Shown here in pieces: positions 9,728 to 18,815 of a DNA stretch of 64,000 nucleotides. The notes below the pieces were generated by a model. That model was not told where the DNA came from and did not search any database. It saw only the letters and a list, made by a program, of their open reading frames with translations. The stretch's first letter is position 1; every line of letters starts with the position of its first letter. A program made the translations under genes and the position numbers. The stretch covers positions 1,248,001-1,312,000 of the forward strand of contig OY970229.1 of assembly GCA_963714085.1 (NCBI GenBank). Direction: 5' to 3'. The stretch is from an uncultured Candidatus Micrarchaeota archaeon. Lineage in GTDB: Archaea > Micrarchaeota > Micrarchaeia > Anstonellales > Bilamarchaeaceae.

Positions 9728-10264
9728 TCATCTCTTTTCCATAGGCCGGTTCCCTTTCAATTCGCCGAGTCGGGCAATCTTCTTCTGTAAATACCACGAA
9801 AAGTATCCGTCATATTTTTTTTGCAGCAGCGGATCCTTCCAGTCATCCCATCTTATCTCCTTCCTGCAATTCTTGGATCCGCAATTGCACTTGATTTTGA
9901 ACTTGTTAAGCGAAAGCACCATGGCGTAATCGAATACTATCTCCTCATTTGCCTTGATATCCCTCATCGCAACAAGAAAGATCTGCCCGTTTATCCCTGC
10001 GTTAGGGTCACAACTATGGTTTACGAAGTCTCCTTCCCCCAGCTCGTCCTCCTCTATCGCGCCTATCGCGAGGTTTTCATTAATGGTGATGCCCATATGC
10101 ATTATTTTTTTGGGAAGCATGCGCCATTTTTTCATCTCTAGGACGTGTCCACCAAAAACAGCTATCAATTCGCCCTTTCTGATGGCCTTTTTCGCGTATG
10201 TTCCGTTTCCGGATATCGAACTTAGCCTGGTCTCTGCTTTTTTTGACAGCCAATGGAATGACAT
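9728..10264 (-). CDS. SET-domain lysine methyltransferase with post-SET motif
   Basis: GNGTYA, FVNHSCDPN, EEIVFDY, CNCGSKNCR. Confidence 0.92.
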   Translation of the reverse strand: MSFHWLSKKAETRLSSISGNGTYAKKAIRKGELIAVFGGHVLEMKKWRMLPKKIMHMGITINENLAIGAIEEDELGEGDFVNHSCDPNAGINGQIFLVAMRDIKANEEIVFDYAMVLSLNKFKIKCNCGSKNCRKEIRWDDWKDPLLQKKYDGYFSWYLQKKIARLGELKGNRPMEKR

Positions 10265-10475
10265 ACCTGTCTGTCCGTGGTAAAAAATAAAAGGCCTTCC
10301 GCTTCCGAATTTATCGGATTCTCCCAGCTTTTATGCAAACGTATGGGTGCCCAGTTCCGATCCTTGTAATGAAATCAGCTACGCCTCTTCAGTTTGCTGG
10401 TTGCGGCCTCCAGACGATTATCCGCATTTCCCTGATGCTCTTTGTGCGGCTGACGATATTTAACCCGATGGTGCG

Positions 10476-10509
10476 GGCGTGGAACAAGAAGAAATACGCC
10501 CCGGGGATG
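10476..10509. repeat. att site (left): 34-bp direct repeat containing the 3' 13 nt of tRNA-Asn
   Basis: ggcgtggaacaagaagaaatacgccccggggatg, identical to 41235-41268. Confidence 0.95.
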
Positions 10510-10654
10510 CCAGTTTTACGACGTGGAAACGACCCTCGTTCCATGCAACATCCAGCATGTATAAGCAGGATATCGCAGGGAAAATTTTTATATGTTTGGG
10601 AGGGATCCCCTTCTCTCTTGGCATACGAAAAAACTGGCATAAAAAAGATAGCCA

Positions 10655-10684
10655 TATAAACGTATATACGTATGTACGTATATA
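10655..10684 (+). promoter_or_regulatory. TATA box plus palindromic ACGTA-repeat operator of the RHH-MTase operon
   Basis: tataaa at 10655; acgta at 10660, 10668 and 10676; near-perfect palindrome tatatacgtatgtacgtatata 10663-10684. Confidence 0.6.
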
Positions 10685-10827
10685 TGGGTAAGCTGACCAT
10701 CAGTATATCTGATAAAATAGAGGAGAACCTCAGAAAAAAAGCTGCAGTAAAATTCGGTTTAAGAAAAGGCTCGATTAGAGATGCTATAGAGGAAGCAGTG
10801 TCGCAATGGCTAAAGAGGGAAAGTTGA
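10684..10827 (+). CDS. Ribbon-helix-helix (CopG-like) regulator, 47 aa
   Basis: Hand-translated MGKLTISISDKIEENLRKKAAVKFGLRKGSIRDAIEEAVSQWLKRES; TGATG overlap with the MTase start. Confidence 0.8.
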   Translation: MGKLTISISDKIEENLRKKAAVKFGLRKGSIRDAIEEAVSQWLKRES

Positions 10828-11954
10828 TGACACAACCGGAACTGCCGTGGAAGCAAAGCCCAAGCAATATGGGCAATCGTCTTCACACCATCTGCAGCTA
10901 TATGGCCATGTTCCCACCTTCTATTCCGAATTATTTCATAAAAAAATATTCAGAAGAAGGAGACGTGGTTCTTGACCCGTTTTCTGGAAGAGGCACTACC
11001 TCCTTGGAAGCGTCGATGCTAAACCGCATTGCCATAGGGTCGGACAAAAATCCGCTTGCATTCGTTCTCACATACGCTAAAGTGGATGTGCCTCCAAGAG
11101 AAAATGTCATCGAGCGGATTAACGACCTTTGGGCTAAGTATAAAAAAGCGCAGGGTATCGAGGTAAAAGAGTCCTGGGAAGTGAAAATGCTATTCAGTTC
11201 GTACACTCTCAAGCAGCTCGTGTATCTCAAGAAGAAGCTCAACTGGAAAAGGAATAATGTCGACGCATTTATCTCCGCGATGGTCTTGGGGATATTGCAT
11301 GGCGGTTCAGAAGGCTATCTCTCAATCCAGATGCCGAATACATTCTCAATGTCTCCTGGGTACGTGAAAAAGTTCATCAAGGACCATGAACTTGAAAAAA
11401 ATAAGCGGGATGTCTTCGTCCTCCTTCATAAGAAGTTAGATAGATGCTATCAAAAAGTCCCTACAAAAGGAAAGGCATACCTAATGGATGCTCGAAAACT
11501 CAACAAGATAAAAACCTCTTCTGTAAACCTTGTGCTCACGTCCCCGCCATATGCCTCGGTGATCAGATACGGGGCCTTTAATTGGATTCGGCTCTGGTTC
11601 TTGGACCAAGATGCTAAAAAGGTGGATCGCGGGCTTCTCTGCACGCAATCGCTCCCGTTATACCGCGACTTCATGCTGCAGGTCCTGAAGGAGAACTCCC
11701 GTGTATTAGTCGATGGCGGCATTGCAGTATATGTGATCGGAGACGTCAGGAAGAAAGAGTCCGGTAAGGTAATCAATCTCGCGCAATTCGTGTGGGACGA
11801 GTGCGCTAAACCCCTGGGCTATGACCTGGTTGAGCCAATCCATGCCGACGCCATAGAAGATTCGACAAAAGTCTCGAAGATCTGGGGCGAGAGGCGCGGG
11901 GATGCGACCAAGATCGACAGGGTGCTCGTTATCCGAAAGCCCCAGCGCAATTAG
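10827..11954 (+). CDS. Amino-DNA methyltransferase, probably N4-cytosine (alpha motif order)
   Basis: DPFSGRGTT (motif I) precedes TSPPY (motif IV); likely start MTQPEL coupled to the RHH gene. Confidence 0.88.
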   Translation: MTQPELPWKQSPSNMGNRLHTICSYMAMFPPSIPNYFIKKYSEEGDVVLDPFSGRGTTSLEASMLNRIAIGSDKNPLAFVLTYAKVDVPPRENVIERINDLWAKYKKAQGIEVKESWEVKMLFSSYTLKQLVYLKKKLNWKRNNVDAFISAMVLGILHGGSEGYLSIQMPNTFSMSPGYVKKFIKDHELEKNKRDVFVLLHKKLDRCYQKVPTKGKAYLMDARKLNKIKTSSVNLVLTSPPYASVIRYGAFNWIRLWFLDQDAKKVDRGLLCTQSLPLYRDFMLQVLKENSRVLVDGGIAVYVIGDVRKKESGKVINLAQFVWDECAKPLGYDLVEPIHADAIEDSTKVSKIWGERRGDATKIDRVLVIRKPQRN

Positions 11955-14659
11955 TCTTCTCCCAGTTGCAAGGACCTGAAAGACAGTATGAGCGTCTTCG
12001 CGACTCTTTGCATCTCCTCATCTTGTTGTTCTGAAGTCATCCCGGACGAGCGTTCTTCTACGGGTTCCGCAGATGCATGAACATCGCGGCTGTATTCCGC
12101 CTTATCACGGTCGTATTGCTGGAATAGGTGGTATGCAATATACGCGACGTATTTGTTCTCCACTCTCTGGACGTATTTCTCGCTACGGCTAAAACGCTGC
12201 ATCCTTTTTCGCTCGTCTTCCATGAACGCCGAGTCCATATTGACGCGCAAAATTAGCATATCCTTGCCTTCCTCATCGGTAGTTACGCTGAACTGCCCGA
12301 CCGTCATCTCAGTCCAACCGCCGAGTTCTGCCCAGCGATCCCGATGGATTCTTTCGAGGTGGTATTTGGGTTTTGCAGTCGGGGTCTCCTTCCCTTTTTC
12401 TGGAGGTTCCTCGCTTTGTTTTTCCTTAATGATGATGCATTTCCTCTTGTCCGACAGCGTTGGCCCACCTGGAACTGCGATGGAGATGGCAATATCAAAC
12501 TCCGTGTTTACCTTGACCTCATCATCGACATGAAGCGCCACTCTGATTGTGCCATTATAAGGACCCATCCTGCGCACTGAGGTAACGCCTTTGCACGAAA
12601 ACTTGATGTTGAACTCGCCACGATTTTCGCTCCTGTCAAGGATGTCGTTCGCCCCATCGAATCCGATGGCGATGGAATTGTTCTGCCCTTTCTTCAGCTT
12701 CAGGTCGCCCTTGTTGAGGAAAAACAGCTTTGTGGGCGGTTCCATAGGCATGTATTGCGGGGGCGGAGTAACTATGAAGAAGCGCTCCACGTTTTTCGAT
12801 TCGAGCAGATTGTCGGCTTCAAGGCGGAATTTTATGCTCCGACTCACGAACTCCTCGGCTTGTTCGGTTGCATGGAAGGTTACCGGCAATATCCCGTCCT
12901 TGAGCTTAGAGAACTGAACTACGACGTCGATCCCCGTACCCTCGTTTCCGCTCGTTGTGATCTTGCCCTTATCCTTTCTGCGTGTGAATAGGTCGTCCGG
13001 ACCATTTAGCGACATGCGCAAGGTCCTGCTCTCGCCCTTCCGCAGCTCGATGGGGTCTTCTTTCGACTTCATCTCAAAGGTGGTGGGCGGATCTTGCGGG
13101 ACGTATTTCCTTGTCCTGCCTGCCTCAGTTATATCCGACCCTTCTTCGAGTTTTCCTACTCCGAGGTCTATGCCTATTGTAAGCAGGCTGTCAAGCATGT
13201 TCCTAACTTCCTTGATGCTATCCTCATCCTCTGCACGTATCTCATTCAGCTTGTTCTCCCAGTTCCTAAGTTCGCGATCTTCATCACCGAGGCATTGGAT
13301 TAGACGGTTTTCAATGTGCTCAATGTCGTCCCCTTCCCGAACCAGCTCCATTCTCCCAGACGTAAACAACCGTCCCTTCACTTCGCGAGGGAGATCATCT
13401 AATACTACTTGCACTAGAAGCGACTCGGATACCCTGGGAAGGCGAGCTTTTTTAGAAATCAGGCTTTTTTCCAGCGTACCATGCCTCTGCCCATTCAGAG
13501 TCACTATGATGGTATTCGCGGAATTATCCCTTTCCAAGTGGTTAGTCAATGGTCTTTTTCCAGGCTCTTTTTCGTAGTGAAGGAGCCAGTACCGGATTGT
13601 CAGCTTTCCGTTATCCCCCCACTGTTCTTCATCAACATTCTTGTAAGCGATGTAATCGGCTTCCTGAAGGATAGCCCTGTCTCCGAACATGTTCCTGTTA
13701 AAGTCGGGGTTGCCTTCGCGCATGTCTTCCAATCGAAATGGCAGGATTGGGTCGAAGAGGTAGTTTCTGAACAGCCTGAACCCCAACCCACGAGAAAGGT
13801 TTTCCCACTCTTTTGCACGGTATTTTATATGAGCGATATAGCTCCCCTGTTTTATGGCGTTATCGCTTTTATCTGGTTTTTCTCGCGGTATCGCACCATC
13901 TCGAAGACATAGATACAGATAGACCGGCGGTTGGGTGACGTAAGTGACCTTTCCTGCCGTGTGATCCCATATCTCGAAGGCATCTGTCTGTCTAATGACT
14001 GTCCAGCCAATAACGTCTTCTTTCTTTGTAGTGCTCGGGTGCCGTCTGGAGATGAGAATGGAGTAGTTGGAAAAGCGGAAGGTAGACGATCCCCCATGCC
14101 CATAAGTACCGAGGAGGTGAGGTTTACTCAATTTATTGCTCTTTCCGAGCGATAGGAATGTGGTTTCGAAGTCATCCGGGTGCTGCCCGATCCCATTATC
14201 TTTGACGACTATGGTCGGATTCCGTGGGTCTTCCGAATCATAAAGCTGCACTGAAGTTACTTCCTTCGCGAGGGCGGTCTTGGCATTGTTGGACATGTTC
14301 CTCGAGTAGATCGCAGTGTCCCCGTTTGGGATGGAGTACCATTTTTCAACCGCTTTTCTTGGTGACGCGGGCAGTCTTTCCAGCGGCAGCGGCTTTCCAG
14401 CATTTGAGAGGTACTCTTTGAGCTCGACCGAGGCATCGGTTCCATTCGTTATCCTTTCAATGATAGGCGCGATAGTAACATTCGTCGTATGGATATTGGC
14501 GGCGTTACTGAACGCATTCCCCACTGGCTTCCATATGTATTTTTTGTCTCCTGGCTCTTTGGACGGGTCCGCAGCTCCAATATCCGCTAAGAACTCAACT
14601 ATCTCCTTTTCCGTCTTGATGCTCAGCAGTCTCGCTACAAGGCTGTCATTTGTCGTCAT
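11951..14659 (-). CDS. Large GHKL (HATPase_c-like) ATPase with tandem internal repeats
   Basis: Bergerat-fold motifs ERITNGTDA, VKDNGIGQ, GTYGHGG, GSYI; no recognisable nuclease motif. Confidence 0.75.
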   Translation of the reverse strand: MTTNDSLVARLLSIKTEKEIVEFLADIGAADPSKEPGDKKYIWKPVGNAFSNAANIHTTNVTIAPIIERITNGTDASVELKEYLSNAGKPLPLERLPASPRKAVEKWYSIPNGDTAIYSRNMSNNAKTALAKEVTSVQLYDSEDPRNPTIVVKDNGIGQHPDDFETTFLSLGKSNKLSKPHLLGTYGHGGSSTFRFSNYSILISRRHPSTTKKEDVIGWTVIRQTDAFEIWDHTAGKVTYVTQPPVYLYLCLRDGAIPREKPDKSDNAIKQGSYIAHIKYRAKEWENLSRGLGFRLFRNYLFDPILPFRLEDMREGNPDFNRNMFGDRAILQEADYIAYKNVDEEQWGDNGKLTIRYWLLHYEKEPGKRPLTNHLERDNSANTIIVTLNGQRHGTLEKSLISKKARLPRVSESLLVQVVLDDLPREVKGRLFTSGRMELVREGDDIEHIENRLIQCLGDEDRELRNWENKLNEIRAEDEDSIKEVRNMLDSLLTIGIDLGVGKLEEGSDITEAGRTRKYVPQDPPTTFEMKSKEDPIELRKGESRTLRMSLNGPDDLFTRRKDKGKITTSGNEGTGIDVVVQFSKLKDGILPVTFHATEQAEEFVSRSIKFRLEADNLLESKNVERFFIVTPPPQYMPMEPPTKLFFLNKGDLKLKKGQNNSIAIGFDGANDILDRSENRGEFNIKFSCKGVTSVRRMGPYNGTIRVALHVDDEVKVNTEFDIAISIAVPGGPTLSDKRKCIIIKEKQSEEPPEKGKETPTAKPKYHLERIHRDRWAELGGWTEMTVGQFSVTTDEEGKDMLILRVNMDSAFMEDERKRMQRFSRSEKYVQRVENKYVAYIAYHLFQQYDRDKAEYSRDVHASAEPVEERSSGMTSEQQDEEMQRVAKTLILSFRSLQLGED

Positions 14660-14666
14660 GCCATCA

Positions 14667-14894
14667 CTACTTTAGTTCAATCGCAAGCGCTGCTGGCTTT
14701 TCGAATTGAACCTTTACCCGCCGAAGTTCTTTATCGATGACCGAGAATAATTTCTTGACATCATCTCCGTCATATTCGTACGACTGACGATTCGAACAAT
14801 GTCCAAGTACTCGTAAAGCTTCGAGCACTTTGTTGGCCCGTTTTACTGCTAGTCTCTTGAACCGATCACGTTTTCCCTCATTTTGTAGTGCCAT
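14667..14894 (-). CDS. Small helical hypothetical protein (KRDRFKRLA...SNRQSYEY)
   Basis: 7 nt upstream of the GHKL gene; TATA tttataaa ~25 nt upstream of the ATG. Confidence 0.75.
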   Translation of the reverse strand: MALQNEGKRDRFKRLAVKRANKVLEALRVLGHCSNRQSYEYDGDDVKKLFSVIDKELRRVKVQFEKPAALAIELK

Positions 14895-15240
14895 GTAGTG
14901 ATTAATGTTCAAAGCATTTATAAACCTGTTGCTAACTGGTTTAAATCTGGTATAAAAATATCTTTCATTTGGTTGGAATATTCATTACCATCAAAGTCGC
15001 TCCGTCTGCTCCTTCGTCGTGCTCGTCTTAACCGTTCCCCCTCGCTCGAGCGGAAAAGCGCTTAATAGTCAATGCTACCTCTGGTTCGCATTGCGAGAAG
15101 GGAGATATAAAAAGAAGAGTCGGCCAAGTACATCCTTGGTGCTGAGTGGAAATTGGGGCTCGTCAGGGAATGATTCTGGTTAAAACGAGCGGGGTCGGGT
15201 ATTTAATAACATCAGATTCCATACGAAACTGGTGCATCCT

Positions 15241-16284
15241 ATGAAAGTTTGTACCGTCGTGGACGCCTTCTGCGGGGTCGGTGGCCTCACCCACGGTTTT
15301 GTAACCGAAGGCTTCAATGTTGCCGCAGGGTTGGACATAGACGAATCCTGCAAGTACGCCTATGAGCAGAACAACAACGCGTTGTTCATCAGGAAAGACA
15401 TCAAGCGGGTCACTGGCAAATACCTATCTGCACTCTATCCGAAGGGTCATCTCAAGGTTTTAGTTGGTTGTGCGCCTTGCCAACCGTTTTCCACATACAA
15501 CCAGAAGAAGAACAAGAGGGATTCTCGTTGGGACCTGTTATACGAATTCCTGCGCGTGATAAAGAAAGCGCGACCCGAGATAATTTCCATGGAGAACGTC
15601 CCGCAGCTCAGGAAAAAAAAGGTCTTCGCCGATTTCCTGAAAGGCTTGAAAAAAATGGATTATCACGTTTCCTATTCGGTTGTATACTGCCCGGATTACG
15701 GCATTCCCCAGAAACGATCGCGCCTCGTGCTGCTTGCTTCAACCCTAGGCGATATCAGTTTGATAAATCAAACTCACACTTCGGACATGTACCCTACCAC
15801 CCGCGATGCTATCGGAGCGTTGCCCCCACTTGAGAATGGGGGCGTGGACGCCGCAGACCCGCTTCATCGAGCTCGGAAACTTACCGAAATCAACCTCAAG
15901 AGGGTACGGATTACTCCTGCAGGGGGGGATTGGAGAAATTGGCCCCAAGAACTCGTCCTCGCATGCCATAAAAAGGAGAGCGGCAAGACCTTCAAACGCG
16001 TGTATGGGCGTATGAAATGGGACGACCAGGCCCCGACAATGACGACGCTATGCACCGGTCTGGGTAATGGACCGTTCGGTCATCCCGATCAAGATCGCGC
16101 GATCTCGTTCAGGGAGGCCGCTTTGATACAGACTTTCCCGAAAGGATACAAGTTCATAGACCCTCTGGTCGGGTTCAGTGCAAAGAACATCTCCAAACAC
16201 ATCGGCAACGCAGTACCTGTAGGCTTAGGACGAGTGATTGCTAAAAGCATCAAGAAGCACATGAGGCGGTACGATGACGCATAG
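15241..16284 (+). CDS. dcm: DNA (cytosine-5)-methyltransferase
   Basis: FCGVGG, APCQPFS, MENV, PQKRSR, REAALIQTFP, IGNAVP. Confidence 0.95.
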   Translation: MKVCTVVDAFCGVGGLTHGFVTEGFNVAAGLDIDESCKYAYEQNNNALFIRKDIKRVTGKYLSALYPKGHLKVLVGCAPCQPFSTYNQKKNKRDSRWDLLYEFLRVIKKARPEIISMENVPQLRKKKVFADFLKGLKKMDYHVSYSVVYCPDYGIPQKRSRLVLLASTLGDISLINQTHTSDMYPTTRDAIGALPPLENGGVDAADPLHRARKLTEINLKRVRITPAGGDWRNWPQELVLACHKKESGKTFKRVYGRMKWDDQAPTMTTLCTGLGNGPFGHPDQDRAISFREAALIQTFPKGYKFIDPLVGFSAKNISKHIGNAVPVGLGRVIAKSIKKHMRRYDDA

Positions 16285-18271
16285 ATATAAGCTGAGGATA
16301 AGCTTGAACGTTCTCGAAGCCCTGGGGGCGAATTTATACAGCTCAATGCCTGCCGTCGTTTCAGAAGCGGTGGCGAATTCGTGGGATGCTGACGCTCATA
16401 CCGTAAATATTGGTCTTGATACCGATAATGGGATAGTTACGATCGAGGATGACGGATGTGGGATGAGCGAAGACGATATTAATAAAAAATACTTGATGGT
16501 TGGGTACCACAAACGGGACGGCGAACCTGAAACCCCCGAAGGCAGAAGACCTATGGGGCGTAAGGGGATAGGGAAACTTTCACTATTTTCAATGGCCCGG
16601 ATAGTGCAAGTAGAAAGCGTCAAGGTGCATAAAGATGGTCGCAAGGAAAAAAACGGGTTCATCATGAATTCAAAGGACATCGAAGACCTTGCAAAGGCGG
16701 CGGTGGATGGGAACGAACCCACTCCATATCATCCCGTCGAAATCCCGGCAGATAATATACGCCTAGATGGCAAAGGAACACGAATAACTCTCCGAGACTT
16801 GAAAATGGAAATTTCTAAAACCAGGATTCATCTTCGCAAAAGACTCGCCCGACGTTTTTCAGTAATCGGTCCGGCAAAAAAATTCCACGTTTTTGTCGAG
16901 GGCAAAGAACTAAAGCCTGAAGATCGTGACTATTTCAACAAACTAGAGTACTTATGGTATATAAAGCAAGATGGGGAAAACGCTGGGGCGGAGTACGTTG
17001 AGCATTGCGGAAAGCTCAAACGAAGCGAAGAACTGAGCGATGCCCGTTTTGTGGATAAAACAAGAGATTTCGAAATCACTGGCTGGGTTGGTTCGGTAGC
17101 AGAACATAAGGATTTGGAGGAAGGCAACAACTCAATCGTCGTGTTCGCAAGAGGCAAGCTGTTTCACGAGGACATTCTTGCAAATGTTAAAGAAGGCGGC
17201 GTTTTTTCCAAATATCTAATAGGAGAAATTCACGCTGATTTCCTTGATCGCGACGAGCTGGCCGATATGGCAACGACCGGACGCCAACTGGCTAAAGACG
17301 AGGAGCGGTTCGAACTTCTAAAAGATCACATCAAGAAAAACATTGTCGCGCCCATAGGTACTTCCTGGGGCAAATGGCGCGTAGAAGACGCTGTAAAAGA
17401 TGCGGAGGAGGAAGAGCCTAAAATAAAGGACTGGTTCGACAACCTCAAACCCACGAGCAAACCCATAGCTGAAAAACTATTCCATCAGATCAGCCAGATT
17501 AGGGCTCCAAGCAAGGAGGTCAAACGGCAGCTATACAAAAATGCGATCATAGCTTTCGAAACACTCGCATTGAAAGACCGCCTCAAATCAATAGATTCGA
17601 TACAAACCGAAGAGGGAGTTGAGGTGCTAGTTGAAGCATTTCGGAGCATAGGCGACCTTGAAGCCGTGCACTACTACGATATAACTGAAAGCAGACTCAG
17701 CGTGCTGAGGAAATTTGCCGGTCTTACCGAACTTGATGCAAAAGAAAAGGTGCTTCAGGAATATCTATTCCAGCGGTTATGGCTACTTGACGCTTCCTGG
17801 GAAGCTGCGAGTTACGAAACACACAAGGAAGAAACTGTGACGAAGGAATTCAAAGATGCGCTCAACCTGACTGATGAAGAAAAACGCGCGAGAATTGACT
17901 TGCGTTATAGAAGCACCGAAGGTAAATACGTGATAATTGAGCTCAAGAGGTATAATGTCAAGGTGACGGCCGGCGAGTTGGTAGATCAGATTAACAAGTA
18001 TAAAAGCGCACTAAAAAAATGCCTTCTAAATCGGTTTCCATCTGATTTTGTTGGAAAGGAGCCGGTTATCGAAGCCATTTGTGTGGTTGGCATCAAGCCA
18101 ACTGGCGAGGATGTAGATAAGATCCTCAAGGGCGCGAATGCTATGGTGATCACTTACGACGAGCTGATAGAAGATAATCAGCGGCGCTATGCCGATTATC
18201 TGAAGAAAAACCACGGAGTAGTAGATAGTATCCGTAAGGTCGTAGAACTACTAGAAAAAAGGAAAGAATGA
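16274..18271 (+). CDS. GHKL-ATPase/PD-(D/E)xK restriction endonuclease (HgiDII/BbrUII-like)
   Basis: EAVANSWDA, EDDGCGM, GRKGIGKL, GT; C-terminal RIDL...IIELKR; overlaps the C5-MTase. Confidence 0.85.
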   Translation: MTHRYKLRISLNVLEALGANLYSSMPAVVSEAVANSWDADAHTVNIGLDTDNGIVTIEDDGCGMSEDDINKKYLMVGYHKRDGEPETPEGRRPMGRKGIGKLSLFSMARIVQVESVKVHKDGRKEKNGFIMNSKDIEDLAKAAVDGNEPTPYHPVEIPADNIRLDGKGTRITLRDLKMEISKTRIHLRKRLARRFSVIGPAKKFHVFVEGKELKPEDRDYFNKLEYLWYIKQDGENAGAEYVEHCGKLKRSEELSDARFVDKTRDFEITGWVGSVAEHKDLEEGNNSIVVFARGKLFHEDILANVKEGGVFSKYLIGEIHADFLDRDELADMATTGRQLAKDEERFELLKDHIKKNIVAPIGTSWGKWRVEDAVKDAEEEEPKIKDWFDNLKPTSKPIAEKLFHQISQIRAPSKEVKRQLYKNAIIAFETLALKDRLKSIDSIQTEEGVEVLVEAFRSIGDLEAVHYYDITESRLSVLRKFAGLTELDAKEKVLQEYLFQRLWLLDASWEAASYETHKEETVTKEFKDALNLTDEEKRARIDLRYRSTEGKYVIIELKRYNVKVTAGELVDQINKYKSALKKCLLNRFPSDFVGKEPVIEAICVVGIKPTGEDVDKILKGANAMVITYDELIEDNQRRYADYLKKNHGVVDSIRKVVELLEKRKE

Positions 18272-18301
18272 GGACCCAGTAGCGATTCAGATATTTCCGG
18301 G

Positions 18302-18712
18302 TCATGCGCGCCCTTCGGATTTGATAGCCAAAGCAACTCTGCTGGCACATTTAGCCGGATTTTCCAGGATCTTATGCTCCCAGAACCGCATCAATCTCCA
18401 GCCCTCTTTCTTCAGCTTTGCATCCGTTTCCATGTCCCTTTCAATATTCCGCTTTAATTTCGGGATCCAGTAATCCCTATTGCTTTTCGGATACCCGCCG
18501 TGTTCAGGACAGTCGTGCCAGAAGCAGCCGTCTACAAAGACCGCAAGCCTCTTGGATGGGAAGGCGATGTCTATCTTTTCTTTGCCGTAATGAGTTCTAT
18601 AGCGTAAGCCGAGTTTCGAAAGTTCTCTTCTCAACGTGAGTTCTGGTGCAGTGTCGAAATGGCGGACCGCAGACATGATACTGGATCTTTTCTTTTTGCT
18701 CACTGTGTCCAT
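18302..18712 (-). CDS. vsr: Very short patch repair endonuclease
   Basis: MDTVSKKKRSSIMSAV, DTAPE, FVDGCFWH, RNIERD, RFWEH. Confidence 0.93.
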   Translation of the reverse strand: MDTVSKKKRSSIMSAVRHFDTAPELTLRRELSKLGLRYRTHYGKEKIDIAFPSKRLAVFVDGCFWHDCPEHGGYPKSNRDYWIPKLKRNIERDMETDAKLKKEGWRLMRFWEHKILENPAKCASRVALAIKSEGRA

Positions 18713-18815
18713 CCGAATACCTGTTGCTGCTTCGTTGCAAACAAGATTAAAAGTTTGTTCTCGGATAAGTAATGACCTTTGTGGTCTCGCAAAATATCGA
18801 AACGGGTGGTGCTCC

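Noticed and set aside
10333..10691. ORFs spanning the left att site; the peptide AWNKKKYAPGM recurs in an ORF near 41235
   Set aside because: The shared peptide is only the translated att repeat, not a gene
18636..18815. Overlapping extensions of the vsr and DUF1643 ORFs
   Set aside because: Family motifs begin at 18712 (-) and 18816 (+), leaving an ordinary divergent spacer
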